A DNA stretch of 37,876 nucleotides, from contig JAGVWC010000005.1 in the NCBI GenBank assembly GCA_018304465.1, forward strand, positions 1-37,876, read 5' to 3'. Both the position numbers and the translations under genes were made by a program. The notes under the pieces are model-generated. The model made no database searches, was not told where the DNA came from, and saw nothing but the letters and a program-made list of their open reading frames with translations. This DNA is from Candidatus Iainarchaeum sp. (GTDB lineage Archaea; Iainarchaeota; Iainarchaeia; Iainarchaeales; JAGVWC01). This document shows, one piece after another, positions 1 through 7,731 of this stretch; the first letter of the stretch is position 1; each line of letters begins with the position of its first letter.

Positions 1-13
1 TGAGGTAAACGGT

Positions 14-103
14 TCAGATTACGTTTAGGATACAGGCGGCGAACCATGTTACGGCTATCAACGCGGCTGTAATTAGTATTCCGATTTGGAGGTATGTGTG
101 CAC
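14..103 (-). CDS. 29-aa hydrophobic peptide MHTYLQIGILITAALIAVTWFAACILNVI (not in ORF track)
   Basis: Hand translation; GTG start preceded by a GGTGAT SD-like motif; single hydrophobic helix. The frame stays open further upstream, so the start is uncertain. Confidence 0.5.
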   Translation of the reverse strand: MHTYLQIGILITAALIAVTWFAACILNVI

Positions 104-225
104 GCGATCACCCGTGTAGTCACACAGGCCATGAGAACTTCGATGGTTGGGAACCATGGCGTGTTCGTGTTCCACCAACTAACCAAGTCGATGAGCCACG
201 CGATCCACAATCGCAAACCAGTCAT
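73..225 (-). CDS. 50-aa Trp-rich hypothetical peptide (MTGLRLWIAWLIDLVSWW...)
   Basis: Hand translation; ATGA overlap with the upstream short ORF; overlaps the 29-aa ORF. Confidence 0.3.
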   Translation of the reverse strand: MTGLRLWIAWLIDLVSWWNTNTPWFPTIEVLMACVTTRVIACTHTSKSEY

Positions 226-359
226 TGATTAAACGCCCCGCTCTCGAATGAGGAACGGGTGCGCCTGCTAACCCAAAGGAAACCTCGACGCTTGGTTTTT
301 GTTGTCCACGAGTTTTTAGAACAAGTATCAAAATTGTTACGATTAAATCCGCGTTCCAT
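222..359 (-). CDS. 45-aa basic hypothetical peptide (MERGFNRNN...)
   Basis: 3' part of track ORF 222..452; stop overlaps the next ATG (ATGA); could instead be a non-coding structured leader. Confidence 0.2.
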   Translation of the reverse strand: MERGFNRNNFDTCSKNSWTTKTKRRGFLWVSRRTRSSFESGAFNQ

Positions 360-372
360 AAATAGAACGCGG
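349..372. other. Perfect 8-bp GC-rich stem with AT-rich loop (CCGCGTTC-CATAAATA-GAACGCGG)
   Basis: Inverted repeat read directly; lies just beyond a minus-strand oligo-T tract (379-391). Confidence 0.6.
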
Positions 373-399
373 TTCGCCAAAAATAAAAAAAGTGAAGAA

Positions 400-555
400 T
401 CAGAGTAATTCGGAAGAGTTCTTTTTTTTGGATACCCCCCAAAGTACTGCAACGATAACCAGCAGGAGAATAACTGTTACAATCCAGAACGCGGGGTTTG
501 TTAATAATTCAACGTTGTTCCAAGTTTGTTCAATACTGTTTTCTGCTATATTCAT
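400..555 (-). CDS. 51-aa single-TM membrane protein MNIAENSIEQTWNNVELLTNPAFWIVTVILLLVIVAVLWGVSKKKNSSELL (not in ORF track)
   Basis: Hand translation; ATGA overlap with the upstream gene; acidic N-terminus, TM helix, KKK; followed by an oligo-T tract. Confidence 0.75.
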   Translation of the reverse strand: MNIAENSIEQTWNNVELLTNPAFWIVTVILLLVIVAVLWGVSKKKNSSELL

Positions 556-701
556 TTATGGTCCTCGAGTAATAATTTTTTTTCGTGGGCCACGGTTTGG
601 ACTACGTCTATTTCTTGGCCTTGTTTCCAGCCAAAGCGTTCAACGATTTTTTTTGGAAGCGAGATAAAGTAGCTTCCATTGATTTTTTGCAGTTTTGCCA
701 T
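552..701 (-). CDS. AbrB/MazE/SpoVT-family DNA-binding protein, 49 aa (not in ORF track)
   Basis: MAKLQKINGSYFISLPKKIVERFGWKQGQEIDV matches the swapped-hairpin pattern K-x-Q-x3-GS-x2-I-S-LPK-x6-W-x2-G; GGTGAT SD upstream. Confidence 0.85.
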   Translation of the reverse strand: MAKLQKINGSYFISLPKKIVERFGWKQGQEIDVVQTVAHEKKLLLEDHK

Positions 702-714
702 CTGATCACCCGTT

Positions 715-787
715 AGGAATGTTTAAGTATTCCTTGTATCTTCAATTATAAAAAGAGTGTGGAAATAGTCCAATACTACTTGGACTA
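715..787 (-). promoter_or_regulatory. Promoter of the AbrB-like gene with TATA-like TTTTTATAA and two inverted repeats
   Basis: AGGAAT-N8-ATTCCT (715-734), TATA-like element near 746-754 on the minus strand, TAGTCCAA-N6-TTGGACTA (766-787). Confidence 0.5.
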
Positions 788-802
788 CAACTAACACACG
801 AG

Positions 803-875
803 TAGCCCCGCAGAGATTCGAACTCTGGTCACCGGGTTCAAAGCCCGGGATACTTGGCCACTATACGACGGGGCT
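803..875 (-). tRNA. tRNA-Gln (TTG), no encoded CCA, no intron
   Basis: Cloverleaf AGCCCCG...CGGGGCT-A; anticodon loop CTTTGAA; T-loop TTCGAAT; A1-U72 pair typical of archaeal tRNA-Gln. Confidence 0.97.
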
Positions 876-939
876 GGTTTTTTTGACCGCGAATACCGAG
901 GAACCACCGTTGGTGGATCTGCACCGCGTTTTTCTCAGG

Positions 940-961
940 TTTTTTGGCCGCAGCCAAAAAA
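940..961. terminator. Hairpin TTTTTTGGC-CGCA-GCCAAAAAA just 3' of tRNA-Ile
   Basis: Perfect 9-bp inverted repeat giving a T6 run on both strands. Confidence 0.5.
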
Positions 962-967
962 GCTGTG

Positions 968-1041
968 TGGAAAGGGGGAGATTCGAACTCCCGACCTCAC
1001 GATTATCAGTCGTGTGCTACTACCAACTGAGCTACCCTTCC
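968..1041 (-). tRNA. tRNA-Ile (GAT), no encoded CCA, no intron
   Basis: Cloverleaf GGAAGGG...CCTTTCC-A; anticodon arm CACGA-CTGATAA-TCGTG; T arm GGGAG-TTCGAAT-CTCCC. Confidence 0.97.
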
Positions 1042-1131
1042 AGAGAACCTGTTCAAAATTCGTTGAATTCTACGTATTATTTGGCAGGGCAAACTTTTAA
1101 AATGCTATAATGCATTATCCGTGGGATTGAA

Positions 1132-1332
1132 ATGGGTTTTTTGGACTTTTTGAAGAAAAAAGAGGGTTCTACGGAGGAATCCAAAGCGTCGGTTTCCGCG
1201 GCGCCGCAAGGAAAGTATTCCGAAGTGTGTTCGTTGTGCGGAAAAGGGAATACGGAAGTCAAGTGGGCGGGTCAATTCTGGCATCGCAAGTGCAAAAGGG
1301 GCGCTTCAAAATTAGCTCATAAAATGGTTTAA
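1132..1332 (+). CDS. Small zinc-finger protein (CxxC...HxxC) with N-terminal amphipathic MGFLDFLKKK
   Basis: CSLC...WHRKC motif; fills the gap between the tRNA and a convergent gene. Confidence 0.8.
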   Translation: MGFLDFLKKKEGSTEESKASVSAAPQGKYSEVCSLCGKGNTEVKWAGQFWHRKCKRGASKLAHKMV

Positions 1333-1334
1333 TT

Positions 1335-1871
1335 TTACTTCGTTGGCGGAACTTTGGGCATTCTTGTGTTTTTGCGTATTTTTTTTAGTGGGGGATACCG
1401 TTTTGTTCCGAGGGGGATATGAATGCTGTGCGCGGGGATTCGCTGAATCAATCGGAATACTTCTTCGTATTTGTGGCGATTGTATTGGTCGTGGATGGTG
1501 TCAAATCCCACGTCCAAGACAACGGGTTGTTTTCTGAGTTTTCGGACGCTTCGGCGTAACAGGGGGGCGATGAAGTGAAACATGGGGACGACGTAGTCGG
1601 CGTTTTGCAGGATTTTTTCTATTTCGGGTTTGGTTCGACCGAAAAATCCTTCGTAATCGACTTTGAATCGTTTGTGAACGCCTTTTTTTTGTAGGAGCGC
1701 GTCGAATGTTTTTTTTCCTAAGAATGAGGATTCTTGTCCCGCAACGCACCAGAAAACCACGCGGGTGGGGCGTAATCGAACAAGCGGGTGTTTGTGTCTG
1801 GCGTGCGGTGGCCGCGGGCTTTGGATCAGGATTTTTCGTTTCGGTTTTCGCGGGATTTGAATGCGGCTCAT
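1335..1871 (-). CDS. Basic hypothetical protein with PTS EIIB/LMW-PTP-like P-loop
   Basis: RVVFWCVAGQESS and LQNADYVVPM motifs; Arg/Lys-rich termini; ATGA overlap with the upstream gene. Confidence 0.65.
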   Translation of the reverse strand: MSRIQIPRKPKRKILIQSPRPPHARHKHPLVRLRPTRVVFWCVAGQESSFLGKKTFDALLQKKGVHKRFKVDYEGFFGRTKPEIEKILQNADYVVPMFHFIAPLLRRSVRKLRKQPVVLDVGFDTIHDQYNRHKYEEVFRLIQRIPAHSIHIPLGTKRYPPLKKIRKNTRMPKVPPTK

Positions 1872-2767
1872 GGGTATCGTTGAGTGATTTTTTTCAAGTC
1901 CGTAAATGTCAGGAGGGTGCGCGCGTCCATCAGCATTTCGCGGGAATCGGGAAAGTGGAGTCCGTTGGCAAGCCGCAGCATGTCAAATCCTTCGGGCAGG
2001 TTTGCTTCGAAGAAACCCAATGCGTCAAGGTGTTTGGCGCGAAGCGAGAGTCTTTTTGGCCGGAAACCTTTTTTTTCAAACGCGGGTCGCGAAATCGTTT
2101 CTCGCATATATTTTTTGAACACGGCGTTGAAGGCGTCTTGGGGTTTTTCGGGCATTCGTTCCGGAACGGTAATTCCTTGTTCGCGTCCCCATTTCGCGTA
2201 TTCTTCGGGGGACGCGTGTTCGAACACGACGACGAGTGACGGCGCGTTTTGAAGCGAAAACGCTTGGACCGCGAAATCGGAGTACATTTTGCGGTTTTTC
2301 ATGACGTGGGGATATAATCGCTGTAAATCGTATCGCGAGAACACGAATGGCGTGTTGAATACGATGCGGAGGCCGAGTTTTCGCAGGAATTCCTTGACTT
2401 GAGTGCGTTGTGCGAATAATTCGGGTTTGACCATGAGAATCCCGAGTGTTCCGCTTCCGAATAGTTGTTGCACGGTTTTTTCTTTGGCTTTCGAATGACT
2501 TCGCATGAGGGTTTGGCGTACGAGACGGGAAAGCATCACTTGGAACGCATGGGTGTTGTCGGGAAGAAACTTTTTGTCGGACACTTGCATGGCGGTTTCG
2601 GGTCGTTTGAGGAACGGTTTGTCTGGAATGCGGGCCCGTTTTCGTCCGGTGTGAAGGAGTTGCGCGATTCCGATGTCGCGGGTTTTGGGTCCTGAAGAGG
2701 CCCGGAGTTGATGCAGGGTTTTTCCGACGCGTTTTCGGATTCGGTATTCGCGATAAGTGCGTGGCAT
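1868..2767 (-). CDS. Divergent nucleoside-diphosphate-kinase-like protein with basic N-terminal extension
   Basis: GILMVKPE, LYPH, PSLVVVF and NGLHFPDS parallel the NDK motifs IKPD, Y-x-x-H, GPVV and NxxHGSDS. Confidence 0.65.
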   Translation of the reverse strand: MPRTYREYRIRKRVGKTLHQLRASSGPKTRDIGIAQLLHTGRKRARIPDKPFLKRPETAMQVSDKKFLPDNTHAFQVMLSRLVRQTLMRSHSKAKEKTVQQLFGSGTLGILMVKPELFAQRTQVKEFLRKLGLRIVFNTPFVFSRYDLQRLYPHVMKNRKMYSDFAVQAFSLQNAPSLVVVFEHASPEEYAKWGREQGITVPERMPEKPQDAFNAVFKKYMRETISRPAFEKKGFRPKRLSLRAKHLDALGFFEANLPEGFDMLRLANGLHFPDSREMLMDARTLLTFTDLKKITQRYP

Positions 2768-2804
2768 GAAATGGAATAGGGTCTTGGATAATTTAAATCT
2801 TGGC

Positions 2805-3269
2805 TTAAGGCAATTCCTTGTTTTTTTTCAGGTCTTCAAGTATTTTTCCGTGGTCGAATTCGAGGTCAGGTAGTTGATCAAGCGGGAATACTTTTACGTT
2901 TTTGGCGTCGCTTCCTTGTTTCGGGGTTCCGCGGGAAGTACAGATGAAAACCGTTGAAATCGTGTGAATACGGGGATCACGTTTGGGTTCGGAGTAGGTG
3001 TGGAATTGTTTTTCGATGGTTATGTCAAGTCCGGTTTCTTCTTTGGCTTCGCGCACCACAGCGGTTTCGAGGGATTCGCCTTGTTCGACGAATCCGCCGG
3101 GAAACGCCCAGCCGTACGGTGGGAATTTTCGGTCCACGAGCACGAGACCCGTTATTTTTCTTTTTTCGTCATATAGTTTGATGACGGCGTCCACGGTTGG
3201 AAACGGGTATTTGTTCGAAAGGACGCGGTTGAGGACCCAGTTGAGGATTTCGCGGGTGACGGACGCCAT
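2805..3269 (-). CDS. NUDIX hydrolase (ADP-ribose pyrophosphatase-like)
   Basis: Nudix box [24 protein letters not shown]; RDPR; FDH. Confidence 0.95.
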   Translation of the reverse strand: MASVTREILNWVLNRVLSNKYPFPTVDAVIKLYDEKRKITGLVLVDRKFPPYGWAFPGGFVEQGESLETAVVREAKEETGLDITIEKQFHTYSEPKRDPRIHTISTVFICTSRGTPKQGSDAKNVKVFPLDQLPDLEFDHGKILEDLKKNKELP

Positions 3270-3275
3270 ATCACA

Positions 3276-4265
3276 TCATTTGGCCAGTTCTTTTCGCAGT
3301 TGGGTGATGAGCGGAATCGCGTTGGGGTCTTGTTTGTGTTGGATCGCAAGGTAATACGTGGTCCATGCGGCCAAATGAATCGCGGTCAAGAGGTTTTCAA
3401 GCGCGCTTTCGCCGTTGAATTTTTCTTCGTGAAAATTTTTGGTTTTGATGAGTTTTTTGACGAATTCGAATCGTTTTTGGATTTGAGCGGGTTCGTTTTG
3501 TTCGCGCAACAGAATATAGAACGCGTTTTTGGTGTTGGGAATCGCGCTGATTTCGTTGTGGTTGTGTTCGGGGATCACGTGGTAGTGCGCGAGGACTTTG
3601 GCGTTTTCATTGAATTCCGTGGTGAAGCGGTACGCCGCGTCCGAAAACAAGGCGGTTCCGTAGATGATCGGCATTTTTTTTCCGATTTGTTTGACGATTT
3701 TTTGCGCGGTTTTTTGGAGTTTGGATTGGTTTTTGTGTAATGACACGATGCTTTGTTTTAAAGAAATGGAATAATCCGGTACGAGTTTGGATTGGCTTAA
3801 CGCGTGCAAGAGTGGAACGAACAAAAAAGCCAATGCGGCGCGGGGAGGATATCCTGCGGGAACTTGAATCGCGGTTTTGTCCCATTCCAACAGCTTTCCT
3901 CCGCTGGTGATGGACAGCACTTGGCAGTTTCGTTTTTTGGCTTCTTTGTACGCGGATAATATTTCTTCGGTGTTTCCGGAATAGGAAACGCAGCACACCA
4001 AACTGTGTTCGTTGACGAATCCGGGGAGGGAATAATCGCCGTGCGTGGTAATGGGGACCGTCGCCGTGGATTTGGTGAGGTTTTGGACGAGTTTTCCGCC
4101 GATTCCGCTTCCGCCCATTCCGCAGATCACGACGTTGGAAACAGGTCGATCCAGTTTAAAGGTTTTTTTTTGCGCGATGGCGTCCGCTTCCACGAGTTGT
4201 TCCGGAAACAGCTCGATTAAATTGAAAAAATTGGTTTTGTCGTACTTGTTTGTTTTTCCTTTCAT
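3276..4265 (-). CDS. Bifunctional phosphoglucose/phosphomannose isomerase
   Basis: GMGGSGIGG, SYSGNTEE, PPRAA, FNENAK and PEHNHNE motifs. Confidence 0.95.
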   Translation of the reverse strand: MKGKTNKYDKTNFFNLIELFPEQLVEADAIAQKKTFKLDRPVSNVVICGMGGSGIGGKLVQNLTKSTATVPITTHGDYSLPGFVNEHSLVCCVSYSGNTEEILSAYKEAKKRNCQVLSITSGGKLLEWDKTAIQVPAGYPPRAALAFLFVPLLHALSQSKLVPDYSISLKQSIVSLHKNQSKLQKTAQKIVKQIGKKMPIIYGTALFSDAAYRFTTEFNENAKVLAHYHVIPEHNHNEISAIPNTKNAFYILLREQNEPAQIQKRFEFVKKLIKTKNFHEEKFNGESALENLLTAIHLAAWTTYYLAIQHKQDPNAIPLITQLRKELAK

Positions 4266-4324
4266 ACAGTCCCCTCATATCACTAACAACGTTTTTTATA
4301 AAAAGGTTATATATTGGATTTTTT

Positions 4325-5011
4325 TTATTTTTTTTTCCGGGGTCGTTGGAGTCTTTTTTTCACGAGGGGTTCTTCTTCTGGATAAATTTGGTCAATCAAT
4401 CGGATGACCAATTGGCCGCGATTATTCATTCTAACGATCTGAATATTGTTGGCGCCGCTGACATCAAACGAAAATCTGGTTTTGTTTTGGGATATTCGTT
4501 GGAGGTTTCTTTTCAGTTCTCGTTCCATTGCATTTATTTTGCCAATCGTAATGTGGGGGTTTTGTCGCATAAACAAAAGGGTTTGCTGCCAAACAAAGTG
4601 TTTTTGGAGTCTATCGAGCATGTCCGGGTCTTGTTGGAAGTCTTTTTTGTGGTAACGGAGGAATTTGAGATTGTAACTTCCCGCACCCGAAATCGTATCC
4701 ATGATTCCCACGTGGTTGTCGGCGTATCGATACGGGCTGTTTCTCAGTACGTAGTGGCGTGGAGAAATGGTTCCTGTTTGAAGGGCTTTTCGATGGCAAA
4801 AAAGCAACGCGTTCAGGTTGGCTCTCGATAGCCGTTCGTATTCCGATCGTTTTACCGTGACTTTTTTGTTTTCGATCACCACGTCGACGACATTGAGTGT
4901 GCGGGCGGTTTTTCTTTGTCGGGCCCGGGCGATGAGACGTTGTTTTTTTCGGGGGTTTGAAAAAAATTGTTTGATTTGACGTCTTTTTTTGGGGCTGAAA
5001 AAGGCAACCAT
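4325..5011 (-). CDS. Basic hypothetical protein, possible degenerate kinase-like fold
   Basis: VTVKR ... FDVSGANNI ... IRLIDQ spacing resembles kinase beta3-Lys, catalytic loop and DFG positions; very basic termini. Confidence 0.55.
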   Translation of the reverse strand: MVAFFSPKKRRQIKQFFSNPRKKQRLIARARQRKTARTLNVVDVVIENKKVTVKRSEYERLSRANLNALLFCHRKALQTGTISPRHYVLRNSPYRYADNHVGIMDTISGAGSYNLKFLRYHKKDFQQDPDMLDRLQKHFVWQQTLLFMRQNPHITIGKINAMERELKRNLQRISQNKTRFSFDVSGANNIQIVRMNNRGQLVIRLIDQIYPEEEPLVKKRLQRPRKKK

Positions 5012-5098
5012 GGTGTATTTTGATGGTTTTTGGGGTTTTTCTGGCTTTGGGTTACCAAATGTTTTTTATTGTCAAAACGCGTTATACTGTTGGTTTTA

Positions 5099-6232
5099 AT
5101 GGGTCATTTCGAAAATTCGGTGGTTTTCCTTCAGAAACTGGTTTCGAATCTGGGTTCGGATTTGTCCGAAAACGAGTGGAGTGGTTTTGAACGAAACCGG
5201 TTTATTGTTGCTGGCGAAAAAACCGTCAAAGGCATCGGAAGCGTGGTGGCCGGTTTGACGAACGCCGAACATTTTGCGGAGCTTTCGGCAAGCGAAACCG
5301 CGTCGGAGTTTCGCGAGAAAAAAATCGAATTGTTGAAGTTGTCGGATCGATTGAAACGAAACGTGGAAATGGAATCGAATCGGTCGGGGGATTCCGCGGA
5401 ATTGTTTCCGGAGAAACGGTTGTTTAACGCGAATTTTTCGGGTTTGCAGCACGAAACCCAGACGTTGCTATTGCAAGTGGCGTATTTGTCCGAAAAAGCG
5501 TTGCTGGATGCGCGTCGACGCGAGTTGTCGCCGTTACAAGAGCCTTCGACCGCCAAAACCTTGTTGCATTTGTTGCGTGAAAAAGAATCCGAGTTGCAGG
5601 AAACCAAATCCCGGCAATTCGCGTTGCAGAAACAGGCGTTGCTTGGGGTTTCTTCCGAACCGTCGTTGATGGATTTGGAAGCGGATTTGAGTTCTTCGTT
5701 TGGACGGATCCAATTGGGGCAGCAGCGCGTGGAACAGCAGTTTTCGCGTCACCAGGAGTTGTCGGAAAAAATGCTCGACAGCACGTTGTCGTTGCGAAAC
5801 GAAGTGTCGGGTTTGCAGGAGTCGATTTCGGCGTTGTCGGAAAAGCATCAGGATTTGTTGTTGCGTTTAAAAAAAGAAACCGAGTATGCAAGAGAACTGG
5901 CGTTGCGGATCGAACACGAAACCGTGGGGTTGCGGGGAAAATACACGACCCAGATTTTGGATTTGAACCAGCAGGTGTTAAAAGCCCGCGAAGAAGAAGC
6001 ACAAAAATTTGAGAAACGCTTGGCGTCTTTGGAAAAAGAAAACCATAAACAACACGAGCTCGTGGATCATTTCAAAACCGTGGTGGAAGGAAAAGAAAAA
6101 ACGATTCGCCGGTTGGAAGACTACAACGTACATTTGCGGTTGGTGTTGGCCACGCATGTCAAGCATAAGGCGGCAAAAGACGCGTTTTTGCCCGAGAACC
6201 AAAACAATAAAAAGAAGAAAAACGCTAATTAA
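5099..6232 (+). CDS. Long coiled-coil protein
   Basis: Leu/Glu/Lys heptads over most of its length; start moved to ATG 5099 (MGHFENS) from the track's 5030. Confidence 0.8.
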   Translation: MGHFENSVVFLQKLVSNLGSDLSENEWSGFERNRFIVAGEKTVKGIGSVVAGLTNAEHFAELSASETASEFREKKIELLKLSDRLKRNVEMESNRSGDSAELFPEKRLFNANFSGLQHETQTLLLQVAYLSEKALLDARRRELSPLQEPSTAKTLLHLLREKESELQETKSRQFALQKQALLGVSSEPSLMDLEADLSSSFGRIQLGQQRVEQQFSRHQELSEKMLDSTLSLRNEVSGLQESISALSEKHQDLLLRLKKETEYARELALRIEHETVGLRGKYTTQILDLNQQVLKAREEEAQKFEKRLASLEKENHKQHELVDHFKTVVEGKEKTIRRLEDYNVHLRLVLATHVKHKAAKDAFLPENQNNKKKKNAN

Positions 6233-6262
6233 ACCAGTTTTCAGTGAATTTGGTGTGTTGAT

Positions 6263-7717
6263 GTGTATTCTCCCGATTCTTCGTCAAGGTTTGATTCTCC
6301 GTATTTATCCCAGTCCGTGATGCCAGCCGAGCCTTCGGTGACCGACAAAGCCAAGGATTTTGTTTCGGCGTACGGAAAAAAACTGTTGTTGTTGATCGCG
6401 GTGATTGCCGTATTGTATTTTTTGGCGGACTTTTTTGTTTTGAGCGTGAAACCGGTTTCGATTTCGGTGGTGAACGCCGAAAACCAAGGGGTGTCGGCGA
6501 CGATTTCGATTTTTGTGCCGGGTCAAACCCAACCGGTGGCCACGGGTTCGGGAAAAACCCTGGATGCCCAGTTGAAAAAAGGCGAGTATCGCATCGAAGT
6601 GTCGAGCGGCGGGTATGAAACGTATTCGGATGCCTTGATTATCGGAGACGAATCCGAGTATTCGGTGCAACTGGAAAAACCGGTGCAAACCATCGTGAAA
6701 TCCGTGGATCTTTCTCAAAACGTTTTTTTGGGCCAAGAAGTTTCGGGCACCGTGGTGTTGTTTAACAAGAGCAGTAAAAACGAAACCGTGGAATTGGCGT
6801 TCGAAAAGGATTTCGAAGATGTGGTGACCTTGGAAAGCAACGCGATTTTGGTTCCGTCGGGCCAGGAAATTCCCGTGAATTTTTCAGTGTTGTTTCCGGA
6901 TTCAACTCGCATTAAGGATGCTAAGAAAGGCGACGAAAAAAACGGTGTGGTGCGGATAAAATTGACGACGAACCGCACCAAAAGCGTGGATTTCATGCTG
7001 TTGCCGTCTCCCAAGATCACGATGACGCCGTCGACGTTAAACAAGCAGGGCTTGCAGTCGGGGACTCCGTTGCAGCAAGTGGGAAAGATTTCGATTACGA
7101 ACAACAACGAGTTTTCGGTTCCCGCGTTTATCGTTACCGCGGATGCGGAAGATCCGACGATGAATAATTGGATTTCGTTTAGCAAAGAAGAAACAATGGA
7201 GCTTGCCAAAGGCCAAAAAGACGAAATCATTGTGTATATTTCGCCGCCCGTCATGGAAGACGATTTGACGATTGCGGGGGCATCGAAGATTCGCGTGTCG
7301 TCTTCGGTGTTTTCAAAGGATATTCCGTTGCAATTGGGAATCAAGCAGACGAATACGAATTTTGACGTGAAACCGTCGTTGTATCAGGTGTCGTTAACCC
7401 AGACCGCGGACGGGTATCCCACGAATCGCTCGAACAAAATCACGTTGACGAACCGCGGTTCGGTGCCGGTGCAAAACATCGATGTGTCGGTTTCTCCGGT
7501 GTTGTGCAAGAGCGGCGGTTGGTTGATGTTTGAATCCACGTATCAGTTTTCGGAAATCGCGCCAAGCGAATCCAAAACCATTTCCATGGCGATTTCGGCG
7601 CCGTCAACGGCCGAACCGGATTCTTCGCAGACCTGTCACGTCAAAACCGTGTATGATAATCCGGTTTCGGGAGAGCCGACGTTTAAGGAATTCGATATCG
7701 TGATTACGACCCGATAA
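6263..7717 (+). CDS. N-terminally anchored surface protein with PEGA/Ig-like (CARDB/NEW3-like) beta-sandwich domains
   Basis: TM LLLLIAVIAVLYFLADFFVL; GEYRIEVSSGGYETY; repeated ITLTNRG-type strands; several NxS/T sequons. Confidence 0.85.
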   Translation: MYSPDSSSRFDSPYLSQSVMPAEPSVTDKAKDFVSAYGKKLLLLIAVIAVLYFLADFFVLSVKPVSISVVNAENQGVSATISIFVPGQTQPVATGSGKTLDAQLKKGEYRIEVSSGGYETYSDALIIGDESEYSVQLEKPVQTIVKSVDLSQNVFLGQEVSGTVVLFNKSSKNETVELAFEKDFEDVVTLESNAILVPSGQEIPVNFSVLFPDSTRIKDAKKGDEKNGVVRIKLTTNRTKSVDFMLLPSPKITMTPSTLNKQGLQSGTPLQQVGKISITNNNEFSVPAFIVTADAEDPTMNNWISFSKEETMELAKGQKDEIIVYISPPVMEDDLTIAGASKIRVSSSVFSKDIPLQLGIKQTNTNFDVKPSLYQVSLTQTADGYPTNRSNKITLTNRGSVPVQNIDVSVSPVLCKSGGWLMFESTYQFSEIAPSESKTISMAISAPSTAEPDSSQTCHVKTVYDNPVSGEPTFKEFDIVITTR

Positions 7718-7731
7718 AAAAAGCTTTTTTT
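7716..7731. terminator. Bidirectional oligo-T terminator A7-GC-T7 between convergent genes
   Basis: Perfect palindrome giving a T run on each strand right after both stop codons. Confidence 0.6.

Noticed and set aside
179-667. Track ORFs 179..442 (-) and 392..667 (+)
   Set aside because: They overlap better-supported short genes that have SD sites, ATGA coupling and a recognisable AbrB pattern
883-1110. 75-aa ORF on the + strand
   Set aside because: Antisense to tRNA-Ile; shadow ORF
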